A stretch of DNA of 64,000 nucleotides from Paraspadella gotoi (taxonomy: Eukaryota; Animalia; Chaetognatha), in contig CM119271.1 of assembly GCA_051294375.1 (NCBI GenBank), positions 4,607,353 through 4,671,352 on the forward strand, in the 5' to 3' direction. Shown here in pieces: positions 45,705-57,967 of this stretch (positions are counted from its first letter, which is position 1; each line of letters starts with the position of its first letter). The notes beneath the pieces are model-generated. The model did no database searches. It saw only the letters and a program-made list of their open reading frames with translations, and was not told the DNA's origin. A program made the translations under genes and the position numbers.

Positions 45705-47569
45705 CTCTCCGCTCCCCTCCCACGCTCCCCCCAAAACACAGATTGGCCCCTCGGATTGGATTGACCATAATGTTGATGGCCTACTTGGATTGCTAACGGT
45801 GGGGAGGAGCGATTTAGGTTTGACTCCGCGACGAAGATTTTCTCGATCAGGTTGGGGCATCGGTTAGATGTGGGGGGGGGGCACCTGCAGGGGGGTGTAA
45901 AGGAGATTAGGGAGGACGCCTGGGGGCGGGAGGAGGAGAGAAAATCTAAGCGAATGGACCCATACTTAAACATAAGCGAGTTTTCCAAACAAATTTCTAT
46001 AAACGTTTTCATTTCTTTTTTAACTAAATTAATTAATGATGATTTATTTTTAAGACAAAGTCTTTTTTATTCGTCCTCTCATGTACATTGTACAATTTAA
46101 GCAATTCATTCGTCCACAACTACGTAAAACTTCCAAGTTTAGACCGAGATTAAACCTGATATTAAAATTTGGCTTTTCTTGAAATTTCAGGACCCACAGA
46201 GAGGACTAAATCCATTTTTTTACCCCCAGGATAAAATTTATCATCGCGTGCGTCCGACCGCATTAAGAAAGGAATTAACGAGTACAAAATAGATATTATT
46301 ACGGAACTATAAACTTTCCCACCACGTGTTAAAAAAAACAAACTTGGTTGATTCTTAAATCCTCAAACCCACAAAGTTTTGCTTTTATTTTAAAACAAAA
46401 CATAAATTCTATCTCGATAAAGTTTTTCTCTATCTGACTTCCTCCTCTTTCTTCTCTTTCTATTTTTTAAATCTCGCAACGGTACTTAAATAAATTTATA
46501 ATTTTGCCTAATGAAATTAATCAAAAACGAAAAAAGCATCCCGTCAGTTTCGGCAGCTGAGCTCGAAAAAAAAAGGTCACGTCATACGAGATATAACGGG
46601 GGACGAATTGTCAACCGAAAATGAAATACTAAAACACTCAACTGTTTAATTTCTCCTAATTCATAAATAAATACACATATCTTCTTTTGTCGATCCCTAT
46701 CTTTTCTTAACTTATCTTTCTTTATCTTCGTCGCGCTGCTTCGGCCGACCGCGAAAGACAGTCCGACTGTCCGACAAGCTCTGTCTCTTCGAGGCAGCCA
46801 AACCAACCTGCGCAGCCTTACCTCTCCAGGCTTAAATTCAAATTTAAATATTCTTTCCCCAAAATCGGATCGCGTCGCCGGCATCAAGCTTCGAAGTGAG
46901 TAAAACTTACCAAATTCAGATCTTAAAAAAAAATACGAGAGAAAAAAAAAGCGACGAAAATAATTGACGGGTTTTCGTCTCGTCTCATCGAAGAGAGAAC
47001 GAGTTTACTTACCTCTAATCCTAAAAGGTAAGGTCGCTACAACACTTTACGCTACGTCTGCATGGATGACCGATCACCCGAAGTGTCGAAGCAAAACGCC
47101 CTTTCAGCCCCTAATAGACGGAGTTACTGGGTTAATGGGCGGTTTCTCTTCTAATTCAGAGTTCGTTGCCCGAAAAACGTCCCTAGCAAAGATGACTCGC
47201 CCCGCGCTCGTCATTTAGAAAGCTTTTATTAAAAGTTTTAAGAATTTGCTCATACTGAGAAAGCGTTAGAGAGTTAACTCTTTCCAAAACGACCGCCTTT
47301 GATAATCTATCATTTCCATTTCTTGCGAAACAACGTTGCCAAAAAAAGGAAATAAAAAAAACAGTAAAAGGTCATTTTTTTAAAAAACTGCAGATTAATC
47401 TTTTAATATTTTTAGTTTAGTTCAGATAATATTTTTTAGTAGTAGAGTGTTTGAAATTTTTGTGATTAAATTTTCTGCATACGCCGGTTTTTCAAAGAAC
47501 AGTTTATTTTAGTACACGTTTTCATTAATCACATTGAAAGAGAGAGAGAAGAGAGAGAGGAGAGAGAAG

Positions 47570-47854
47570 AGGAGAGAGGAGAGAGAGAGAGAGGAGGTGC
47601 AAAATCTGTGATATGAATTTTCAAGAACAAAGAGAGATAAAAGCCGCAGCAAAATAAATAAATAAATGAATAATAGAAAAAAATTTAAACTATTAATCAT
47701 GTTATGTAATATAAATTTATTTAATTCTACCTTTCAGTTTTTATTGGTCCCCGCTCAAGGGCGCTCCCAGATTTCGGGGATTTCTCGTTCCGACGGGTTT
47801 TTCGGTCTCCCCTTTTGCAGTTCATCGAGTGCGGCGCGACCGAGTAACGCGTAT

Positions 47855-47914
<60 letters not shown>

Positions 47915-48047
47915 TCTCTCTCTCTCTCTTCGCCGACTGAATTCGTCAAAACTCCAAAACCCGTTTGTGTCGCTGTTTCGAAAGTTAAAAAATAAAAAAT
48001 CGTAATCCCTAAAAGAANNNNNNNNNNNNNNNNNNNNNNNNNACGAA

Positions 48048-48105
<58 letters not shown>

Positions 48106-48360
48106 TGCAAAATCTGTGATATGAATTTTCAAGAACAAAGAGAGATAAAAGCCGCAGCAAAATAAATAAATAAATGAATAATAGAAAAAAATTTAAACTA
48201 TTAATCATGTTATGTAATATAAATTTATTTAATTCTACCTTTCAGTTTTTATTGGTCCCCGCTCAAGGCGCTCCAGATTTCGGGGATTTCTCGTTCCGAC
48301 GGGTTTTTCGGTCTCCCCTTTTGCAGTTCATCGAGTGCGGCGCGACCGAGTCAACGCGTA

Positions 48361-48457
<97 letters not shown>

Positions 48458-48540
48458 CGACTGAATTCGTCAAAACTCCAAAACCCGTTTGTGTCGCTGG
48501 TTTCGAAAGTTAAAAAATAAAAAATCGTAATCCCTAAAAG
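47570..48540. other. ~450-bp tandem duplication straddling a 25-N gap (assembly overlap)
   Basis: 47570-48017 is nearly identical to 48045-48540 apart from 1-bp indels and microsatellite length. Confidence 0.8.
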
Positions 48541-48939
48541 AAAAAAAAAAACGAAATGCGACGCAAACGAGAAAATACTCAAAATCGGACCCGAAAAATG
48601 ATTTTGTGACAAAAAAAAAACAAAACAAACGAGTATCGATGGATGAACGAACAAAAACGACAGAAATAAAATCCGGACAGTGAACATTTTCGCGATCGAA
48701 TCCGCGACCTACGAGATCCAACTAAAGTAAACGAAAGAAAGTGAGAAAAACAAATATAAATATAAAAGAACAAATAAAGATTAAAAGAAACTATGAATTT
48801 ATAAGCCTTGAGTTTACGATCAAATAAAAAAAAATAACCAAGCCATCGATCAAACTGTAAAAACGAAATTCGCCAACGATCAAAAAAAACCAACGAAAAC
48901 AAAAAGCAAAACCACTTCACCCACCACCCACCACCCACC

Positions 48940-50907
48940 ATGTCCTTTCGATCCATCCCTTCCATTACGGTCACGGACGACGGAACGCCCCCTCAGGAGA
49001 AGCAAGTCTCTGCGGCGTCAACGCTTCCGGCGCGCGGTAAGCCATCCGCCGATAAAAAGGCCGACTTTCCGCTCCTAAACGCAAACGGTACGACATTCTC
49101 GTCAAGTTGCTGTCGCTCGGGGATTCCGGCGTCGGCAAGACCTCCATGCTGCGTCGGTACACGGAAGGGTTCTTCGAATCCAAGGTTGGTTGAGGGTGGG
49201 TTGTCGTCTTGCTATTAATATTTTTTTTTTATTCCTTATTATTATTGTTATTGTTGATACATTCGTTTAGAGTAGATATAATTTTATTGCTTCGCGTGAC
49301 TTTTTTTAACGAAATTATTGATACTGATAATTTAATATGGATTATACGTTGTGTTGTGTGTGCACTGTGCACTGTGCTCAGTGAATTGTACGGTAATAGT
49401 CCTGACGATTGGTGAATGTGCAACATAATTGATTAGAGCAAATGGGAACCCAGGACCTTATCTTCTAACCTAAACCTCTTTAATCATATCGCAGGTCGGC
49501 AGCACCGTTGGATCGACTTCTACGAGAAGATCGTCGAGTGGGATCCTCCGAAAGGAGATGACGGTGAGTTGGATGCTGCAAAGTATACGAATGTTGGGAC
49601 GAGCTATTGGAGATCCCTTAATGGTGCATAGTGCCTATTTCTCATATCGATTCTTTATCATAACGACTTCAGGCTGTATTCGACCATAACCGTGAAGGTA
49701 AACTGCTCACGATGACTCCTTTCAACTCACCCCATCCGCCCCCCCTATCTTTCCTCTAAAACCCCCCCACTATTCCAGCCGCCCCTACCCTCAAAAGCTC
49801 AAACCGTCTTCCTCCAACTCTGGGACACCGCGGGCCAAGAGAGATTCCGCTCTCTGACCACCACCTTCTTTCGCGACGCCATGGGATTCATCCTCGTGTT
49901 CGACGTCACCAAACTGGAGTCCTTTCACCACGTGCGTACGTGGCGGAGCAGCTGTCCGAATACGCGTACAGCAGGAGCCGGACGTCGTATTGTGCGGGAA
50001 TAAGGTGAGAGGAGGAAGTGAGGGGAGAAGAAATGGATTTTTTTTTTTAAAGCAAAACCCCGGTCGGCGAAATTAAATTTATTTATTTTTAGTTTAGTTC
50101 CGACAATATTATATTAATAATATACAGGTCAGTCACGAGAGCGTGTAGGAAGCAGACATGGTTGTTGCATATGTAATTTCGTCGGGATAAGGATGAGCAG
50201 GATGGATAGATGAAGTGTGTTGAGCGATAGAAAGAGTAGTTTAATTTCTGCCAAGACCCCCCAAGATTTAAGGGCCCAATTGAGAGATTTGAGAGAATTT
50301 TGATTATTGATATGAGAGACGAGGAGGAGGAGGGAGGACAGAGAAGAAGGGCATAGGGGAAGATACAGGAGAAGCGGGGGAGGGGAGCGGGGGGAGAGAG
50401 GGTAAAGGACGAAAAGAGAAAGAATGAAAACAAGGAAAAAAGAGAGAGAGAAGGTCAAGTCGAGTATGAGAGGTCATATCAATTTGGTTCTGTCGATGTA
50501 GTTCTTTTTCGTCTGAGTCGTAGGTCGCGGAGTCACCATAATCTATTTAAATTGTCATCGTGCAATAAAGAAGCCACGTAAGTCCAACAGAAAATGTTGT
50601 ATCGATCTGTGGTCTTGGACAGACGTAAATCAGCGCCATCTTTGCCACTCCCATTTCCGTTTCATCCCTCCCAGGTCGACACCGGCGCCAAACGTTGCGT
50701 CAAGGCGGAAGACGCCAAGTTGCTGGCGGAAAGAGTTGGGCTACCCCTACATCGAGACGAGCGCCAAAACGGGTCAGGGGATCGACGAGGCGTTCGAAGT
50801 CCTGTTGAAGTTGGTCATGCGGAGGATCTACAAGATGAGCGGGATGGAGGCCATGACCAAGATCAAACCAAGCTGGAGTTCGTTGACAAGGAAAGTGCGC
50901 CTGTTGA
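48940..50907 (+). pseudogene. RAB27: Rab27 copy A, frameshifted; probably an error-rich assembly duplicate of 53371-57194
   Basis: Exons and most introns nearly identical to copy B, with multiple 1-bp indels in both; intron 3 replaced by noisy sequence. Confidence 0.65.
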
Positions 50908-51705
50908 TGGAGAGAATGGTCGCACCGACTTGCTACTGGGGAATCATCATGCGAATGAATAAAAGTCCGATGATGAGTCTTCGCGAAAGTTTTTTTCCCC
51001 GACACGTCAATCCTCGAGCCCTCCGTCCAGGATCGGACATTCTGCAAAAAAAAAAAATTGTTCCGCCAATATTTTTGTTTTTGACAAAACTTTCTGCCCG
51101 ACTTCTTTGGCCAAACGCATTCGGTGATAACGCAAGGCCGGGATAAATGGTCAAATTTTCGGCGTTTTCCCGGCGTTTTCTGACGTTTTCTCGGCGTTCT
51201 TGTGCTTCTACTTTTAAAGAGAATAAGTTCGAGATCCTCGGTCGGGTTTTTTTGTTTTTTTATTAATCCAGACTAATATTTATCTATTTTATACCGCCCA
51301 ATTTTTTCTCCATACTTAATCGAAATCTCGTTTTGTGATAGAATATTTATGAAAAAACCCCTGTATCTTTTGTTTTTGTATAGATGAAAGTTGAAAGATT
51401 CGAAAGAATCTCGGCATTAAAAATCGTGAGTCGCGAAGATACAAATATAAAATTCGTGGAAAATCAGGAAGTCTACGAGAATTAATGCGGATAAATAATA
51501 AAAAATTAGTGAAGTAAATATTAGAAACGAAACAAAAACAACATTTCTAAGACGATGTCACAGAAATAAAGATGACATTGAAAACGAACTTGCGAAAACT
51601 GGCGCCGTAATATCTCGCCACTATCAAAACTCTCCCGCTCTTCCTCAATCCCGTTCCATTTCAGCGCTACCCTTCCCTCCCCTTTTTCGGATTTAAAAAA
51701 GTAAA

Positions 51706-52971
51706 ATGCCATCTTCCATTCCGTTGGCTTCGTCACCGTCGGCCTCGCGGTCGTCGACGAACAACTCCGACACGGTCTGCTTCAAGTTTTTGACGCTGGG
51801 CGACGCCGGAGTCGGGAAGACGTCCTTCATCGTCAAGTGAGATCAGTGCAAAAAGTGTGGAGTGGGTGATTTAATAAATTAATTTGCATATCGCAGAAAA
51901 TAACGTTACCGGTTGTCAAAACTTTGTTTTTCCCCCAGTGAGTCAATCTTTTTTTTTAGTTAAGTATTCTTAAAGTATATCTTTCTGTGATGAAATTGGT
52001 GCAACCAATATAAAACTGTTCATTCACTAAATAAACAAACTATATTTTATACTACATTTAAACGAATGGACGAATCGTTTAACTATTCTATAAAAACCCG
52101 CTTGAGTCATTGTCGCATTAAAATCAATAACTGTAGATTGTGAAACATATATCAAAATAAAAAGTTTGTTTTTTTCTAAAATAAACCATTAAAACCTAAG
52201 AATTTCTCCCTCGATCACCCAGATACCTCCACCCGGAACTCCCTATCGACTCGGACTACGACGCCACGTTGGCTTCGACTTTTACCAAACGACGCTCGAT
52301 CCCGTGACGTCGGCGACGGCGACGAGAGACGACGACGACGCTGAGAACAGACGATGTCGTCGTCGCCAAAAGTCGGACGGTCAACTTGCAGGTTGAATTG
52401 ATTGATTGATCGGACAGGCTGGTTCGATTTGCTTGCTTGATGATTGATTTTTTTTTTCATCGGTTTGTCTTCATAGATTTTGCGATCGATTGATCGATTG
52501 GTTGTGCGGTTAGTTTGGTCGTCTTGTTTGATAGCTCGTTAGAATTCACTTTTTATTAAGAACTAGCTGTCTGGTTTGTTGGCCAGTTTTTACTTTAAGC
52601 CTATTTGATTGTTTGTTTTACGGGTATATTCTCGATTTATTTGTTTATCAGTTTCTTGGTCGATTACATCAATAGCTAATAACTTTACTAACGTTTATGT
52701 TCATTCCTTAATTTGTTTCATATCTGTTCTTCATTCTTTTTTTTTTTCTTTTTTTTTTTTGTCGTTTTCACATCTCTCGGTGACAATCCGTGCGAGTCAA
52801 TCTTAAAACTGGAAGGAAAATATTTTCCCCTCACCACCTTCCTGCTTCTCTTTCCACTCCCACCCCCCCCTTCCCCTCACCCCATCCAACCCCTTTTCCC
52901 CCTACTCCCCCCCACTACAATCAGCTCTGGGACACGGCCGGCCAAGAACGGTTCCGCTCCCTCACGTCCAC
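51706..52971 (+). pseudogene. Truncated duplicate of the Rab27-like paralog
   Basis: Matches 57968-59284 and breaks mid-exon after [15 protein letters not shown], joining sequence identical to 48533 onward. Confidence 0.7.
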
Positions 52972-53370
52972 CTAAAAAAAAACGAAATGCGACGCAAACG
53001 AGAAAATACTCAAAATCGGACCCGAAAAATGATTTTGTGACAAAAAAAAACAAAACAAACGAGTATCGATGGATGAACGAACAAAAACGACAGAAATAAA
53101 ATCCGGACAAGTGAACATTTTCGCGATCGAATCCAGCGACCTACGAGATCCAACTAAAGTAAACGAAAGAAAGTGAGAAAAACAAATATAAATATAAAAG
53201 AACAAATAAAGATTAAAAGAAACTATGAATTTATAAGCCTTGAGTTTACGATCAAATAAAAAAAAATAACCAAGCCCATCGATCAAACTGTAAAACGAAA
53301 TTCGCCAACGATCAAAAAAACCAACGAAAACAAAAAGCAAAACCACTTCACCCACCACCCACCACCCACC

Positions 53371-56300
53371 ATGTCCTTTCGATCCATCCCTTCCATTACG
53401 GTCACGGACGACGGAACGCCCCCTCAGGAGAAGCAAGTCTCTGCGGCGTCAACGCTTCCGGCGCGCGGTAAGCCATCCGCCGATAAAAAGGCCGACTTTC
53501 CGGCTCCTAAACGCAAACGGTACGACATTCTCGTCAAGTTGCTGTCGCTCGGGGATTCCGGCGTCGGCAAGACCTCCATGCTGCGTCGGTACACGGAAGG
53601 GTTCTTCGAATCCAAGGTTGGTTGAGGGTGGGTTGTCGTCTTGCTATTAATATTTTTTTTTATTCCTTATTATTATTGTTATTGTTGATACATTCGTTTA
53701 GAGTAGATATAATTTTATTGCTTCGCGTGACTTTTTTTAACGAAATTATTGATACTTGATAATTTAATATGGATTATACGTTGTGTTGTGTGTGCACTGT
53801 GCACTGTGCTCAGTGAATTGTACGGTAATAGTCCTGACGATTGGTGAATGTGCAACATAATTGATTAGAGCAAATGGGAACCCAGGAACCTTATCTTCTA
53901 AACCTAAACCTCTTTAATCATATCGCAGGTCGGCAGCACCGTTGGGATCGACTTCTACGAGAAGATCGTCGAGTGGGATCCTCCGAAAGGAGATGACGGT
54001 GAGTTGGATGCTGCAAAGTATACGAATGTTGGGACGAGCTATTGGAGATCCCTTAATGGTGCATAGTGCCTATTTCTCATATCGATTCTTTATCATAACG
54101 ACTTCAGGCTGTATTCGACCATAACCGTGAAGGTAAACTGCTCACGATGACTCCTTTCAACTCACCCCATCCGCCCCCCCTATCTTTTCCCATCTAAAAC
54201 CCCCCCACTATTCCAGCCGCCCCTACCCTCAAAGCTCAAACCGTCTTCCTCCAACTCTGGGACACCGCGGGCCAAGAGAGATTCCGCTCTCTGACCACCA
54301 CCTTCTTTCGCGACGCCATGGGATTCATCCTCGTGTTCGACGTCACCAAACTGGAGTCCTTTCACCACGTGCGTACGTGGGCGGAGCAGCTGTCCGAATA
54401 CGCGTACAGCGAGGAGCCGGACGTCGTATTGTGCGGGAATAAGGTGAGAGGAGGGAAGTGAGGGGAGAAGGAAATGGATTTTTTTTTTTTAAAAAAGCCA
54501 AAACCCCGGTCGGCGAAAGTTAAATATTATTTTATTTTTAGTTTAGTTCCGACAATATTTTAATATTTTAATATTTTAATATTTTAATATTAGAGATGAA
54601 ACGAAAATTCGTTGTAATAGCAATTTTATTATTTATTTAATGTAACATGTTTTCGACGTTTTAAGTTTTTTGCGAGTTTCTCATCAGGCAAGTGAATTCA
54701 ATAGACAATAATTTTTAAACATGGTAGTTTGAGAGAGAGAGAAGAAAGAGAGGAGAGAGAGTTTTCCAACAAAGGAAATTGAGCAGGATAGTGGTCAGAA
54801 TGTGAGGACAGGTGAAAGTAGGGAAAGAGGAGAGTAAAATGATTTGAAATTGGCTGAAAAGAGGAAAAGAGAGAGAAGAGAGAGAGAGGAGAGAAGCAGG
54901 AGAGGACACAGGGATCAATACATTAGGCAATGTACAACAGGTGAAAAATTTTTTAGAAAAACTAAATATTTCAACAAAGTTAATAATAAATTAATTGTTA
55001 GCTGATGATTCGTTAGTAAGAGAAAATGAATAGTTAAGAATAAGTGATGATGCGATAGATAAGTTAAGATAAGTGAAATCAGTAAGGTTAAGAAAAAGAG
55101 CTCAAAAAATGAGGCTGCCCCCCCCAGCCGGGCAAATGTGACGGACGTAACGATGTAGTTCGGGTCATTGGCCTGTCATAGGCTGAGATCGATTATTTGT
55201 GGTGGGAATGGGACAGGGCAAGGCTGGATCTTGGTAATGATCCGGCTGGAAAAATGGCCCAATGCATACACTTCGGAAATTCTCTCTGAACCTGATAGGC
55301 CCTGCCGAACGCCTCTCTGCTCACCCTGACGGTGAGGTGGGCCGATTGCTGTTCGGGCCTGTATTTGGGGACCAGGTGATTACATGACTCCTCCCCTCTC
55401 TTGTTAGCTGTCGTTTGGGCGGACGCTCAGCACGAGAAGAGTCCGCGCCAAAGTTGCTGGCAAGCCGTTGAGGCATCGGACGTCAATTGGCCTGCTGAGA
55501 GGCCCGCCTGACCCGTATGAGGAGGACAGGGGAATCACCGTGCGGCTGAGGTGGGTTGGGTGCTCCACCACAGTATTGATAAGCGAATCAATAGCTTGGA
55601 GGGAGTTCGAATCGTCCTCTCATCACGGTTTCAAAGAGGCGTTCGAGTGCCTTGATGTAAATTGCCTCTTAATACCTCTGAGAACCAGTTTGGTCATGGG
55701 ACAGCACAGAGACAGTCTTCTTCTCTGAACAGATGTCCCAATAGTTGTTGCGTGTTCTGCAACTGCCGATCAGATAGTGCCCTCTAGAGTCGCGATAGGC
55801 GTGATATGTTGTTGGAACCTATCCTGATATAGACTTTCCTGTCTCGCCACGGTATGCTGCTGTGCAGGGTTGGTTCGACCGCCTCCTTGCACAGGCCGCC
55901 CAATAGACTGGCTCCTGATGTTTTTCGGTCTGGGGAATTTTTGTCTTCGCGTTTCACGCAATTGCCTCACCGTAAAGAGCTCGCGGGTTCGATCACTGAA
56001 CTGGAGATCCCTGCTTTGGCCTTCCTGGTGAGCTGGGGGTGGTCAGGCAGCTCATTTTTGAGCTCTTGTTTCTTACCTTACTATTTCACTTATCTTTAAC
56101 GTCTATCTATCCCTCAATACTTATTCTTCTATTTATTTCATTTTCTCTTACTAACAATCATCAGTAACAATTAATTTATTATTACTTTTGTTAAATATTT
56201 AGTTTTTCTAAAAAAATTTTCACTGTTGTACATTGCCTAATGTATTGATCTCCTGTGCTCTCTCTCGTCTCCTCTCTCTCTCTCTCTCTTTTTCTTTTCA

Positions 56301-56619
56301 CCAATTTCAAAAAATCATTTACTCTCTCTTTCCCTACTTTCACCTGTCCACACATCTGACCACTATCCTTGCTCAATTCTTTGTTGGAACTCTCTCTCTC
56401 TCTCTTTTCTCTCTCTCTCTCTAAACTAATGTTAAAAATTATTGGTCTATTGCAATTCCTTGCTGATGAAGACTCGCAAAAACTAAGAGTCGAACTGTAC
56501 ATTAAATAAAATAAATTGCTATTTATACAACGAATTTTTCGTTTCATCTCTAACTATTCTAAATAGCAAAAAAAGAAAGTCAAAATAAATATTTTAATAT
56601 TTTTAATATTTTAATATTT

Positions 56620-56703
<84 letters not shown>

Positions 56704-56727
56704 GAGGAGAGAGAGAGGAAGAGAGAA

Positions 56728-56772
<45 letters not shown>

Positions 56773-57194
56773 CAAAATGGTTTGGATCTTTTTCGTCTGA
56801 GGTCGTAAGGTCGCGGAGTCACCATAATCTATTTAAATTGTCATCGTGCAATAGAGAAGCCACGTAAGTCCAACAGAAAATGTTGTATCGATCTGTGGTC
56901 TTGGACAGACGTAAATCAGCGCCATCTTTGCCACTCCCATTTCCGTTTCATCCCTCCCAGGTCGACACCGGCGCCAAACGTTGCGTCAAGGCGGAAGACG
57001 CCAAGTTGCTGGCGGAAGAGTTGGGCTACCCCTACATCGAGACGAGCGCCAAAACGGGTCAGGGGATCGACGAGGCGTTCGAAGTCCTGTTGAAGTTGGT
57101 CATGCGGAGGATCTACAAGATGAGCGGGATGGAGGCCATGACCAAGATCAAACCCAAGCTGGAGTTCGTTGACAAGGAAAAGTGCGCCTGTTGA
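53371..57194 (+). CDS. RAB27: Rab27 small GTPase; exons 53371-53616, 53929-53998, 54217-54443, 56961-57194
   Basis: [18 protein letters not shown]; [10 protein letters not shown]; [26 protein letters not shown]; [15 protein letters not shown]; YIETSAKTG; LLKLVMRRI; C-terminal [13 protein letters not shown] and AYxExPDxVLCGNK are Rab27-type motifs. Confidence 0.93.
54591..56588 (-). mobile_element. 5'-truncated Penelope-like retroelement: GIY-YIG remnant with ~500-bp inverted pLTRs and degenerate hammerheads, in Rab27 intron 3
   Basis: Minus strand ~55560-55960, read across frameshifts, gives ..VYW..C...[25 protein letters not shown]...[27 protein letters not shown]; 54591-55110 is inverted at 56050-56553; HHR cores at ~54644-54686 (-) and 56463-56499 (+); (AATATTTT)n on both flanks. 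Confidence 0.82.
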
Positions 57195-57967
57195 TGGAGA
57201 GGATGGTCCGACTTGCTACTGGGGGAATCATCATGCTGAATGAATAAAAGTCCGATGATGAGTCTTCGCGAAAGTTTTTTTCCCCGACACGTCAATCCTC
57301 GAGCCCTCCGTCCAGGATCGGACATTCTGCAAAAAAAAAAAATTGTTCCGCCAATATTTTTGTTTTTGACAAAACTTTCTGCCCGACTTCTTTGGCCAAA
57401 CGCATTCGGTGATAACGCAAGGCCGGGATAAATGGTCAAAGTTCTTCGGCGTTCTTGGTGCTTCTACTTTTAAAGAGAATAAGTTCGAGATCCTCGGTCG
57501 GGTTTTTTTGTTTTTTTTTTATTAATCCAGACTAATATTTATCTATTTTATACCGCCCAATTTTTTCTCCATACTTAATCGAAATCTCGTTTTGTGATAG
57601 AATATTTATGAAAAAACCCCTGTATCTTTTGTTTTGTATAGATGAAAGTTGAAAGATTCGAAAGAATCTCGGGCATTAAAAATCGTGAGTCGCGAAGATA
57701 CAAATATAAAATTCGTGGAAAATCAGGAAGTCTACGAGAATTAATGCGGATAAATAATAAAAATTAGTGAAGTAAATATTAGAAACGAAACAAAAACAAC
57801 ATTTCTAAGACGATGTCAACAGAAATAAAGATGACATTGAAAACGAACTTGCGAAAACTGGCGCCGTAATATCTCGCCACTATCAAAACCTCTCCCGCTC
57901 TTCCTCAATCCCGTTCCATTTCAGCGCTACCCCTTCCCTCCCCTTTTTCGGATTTAAAAAAAGTAAA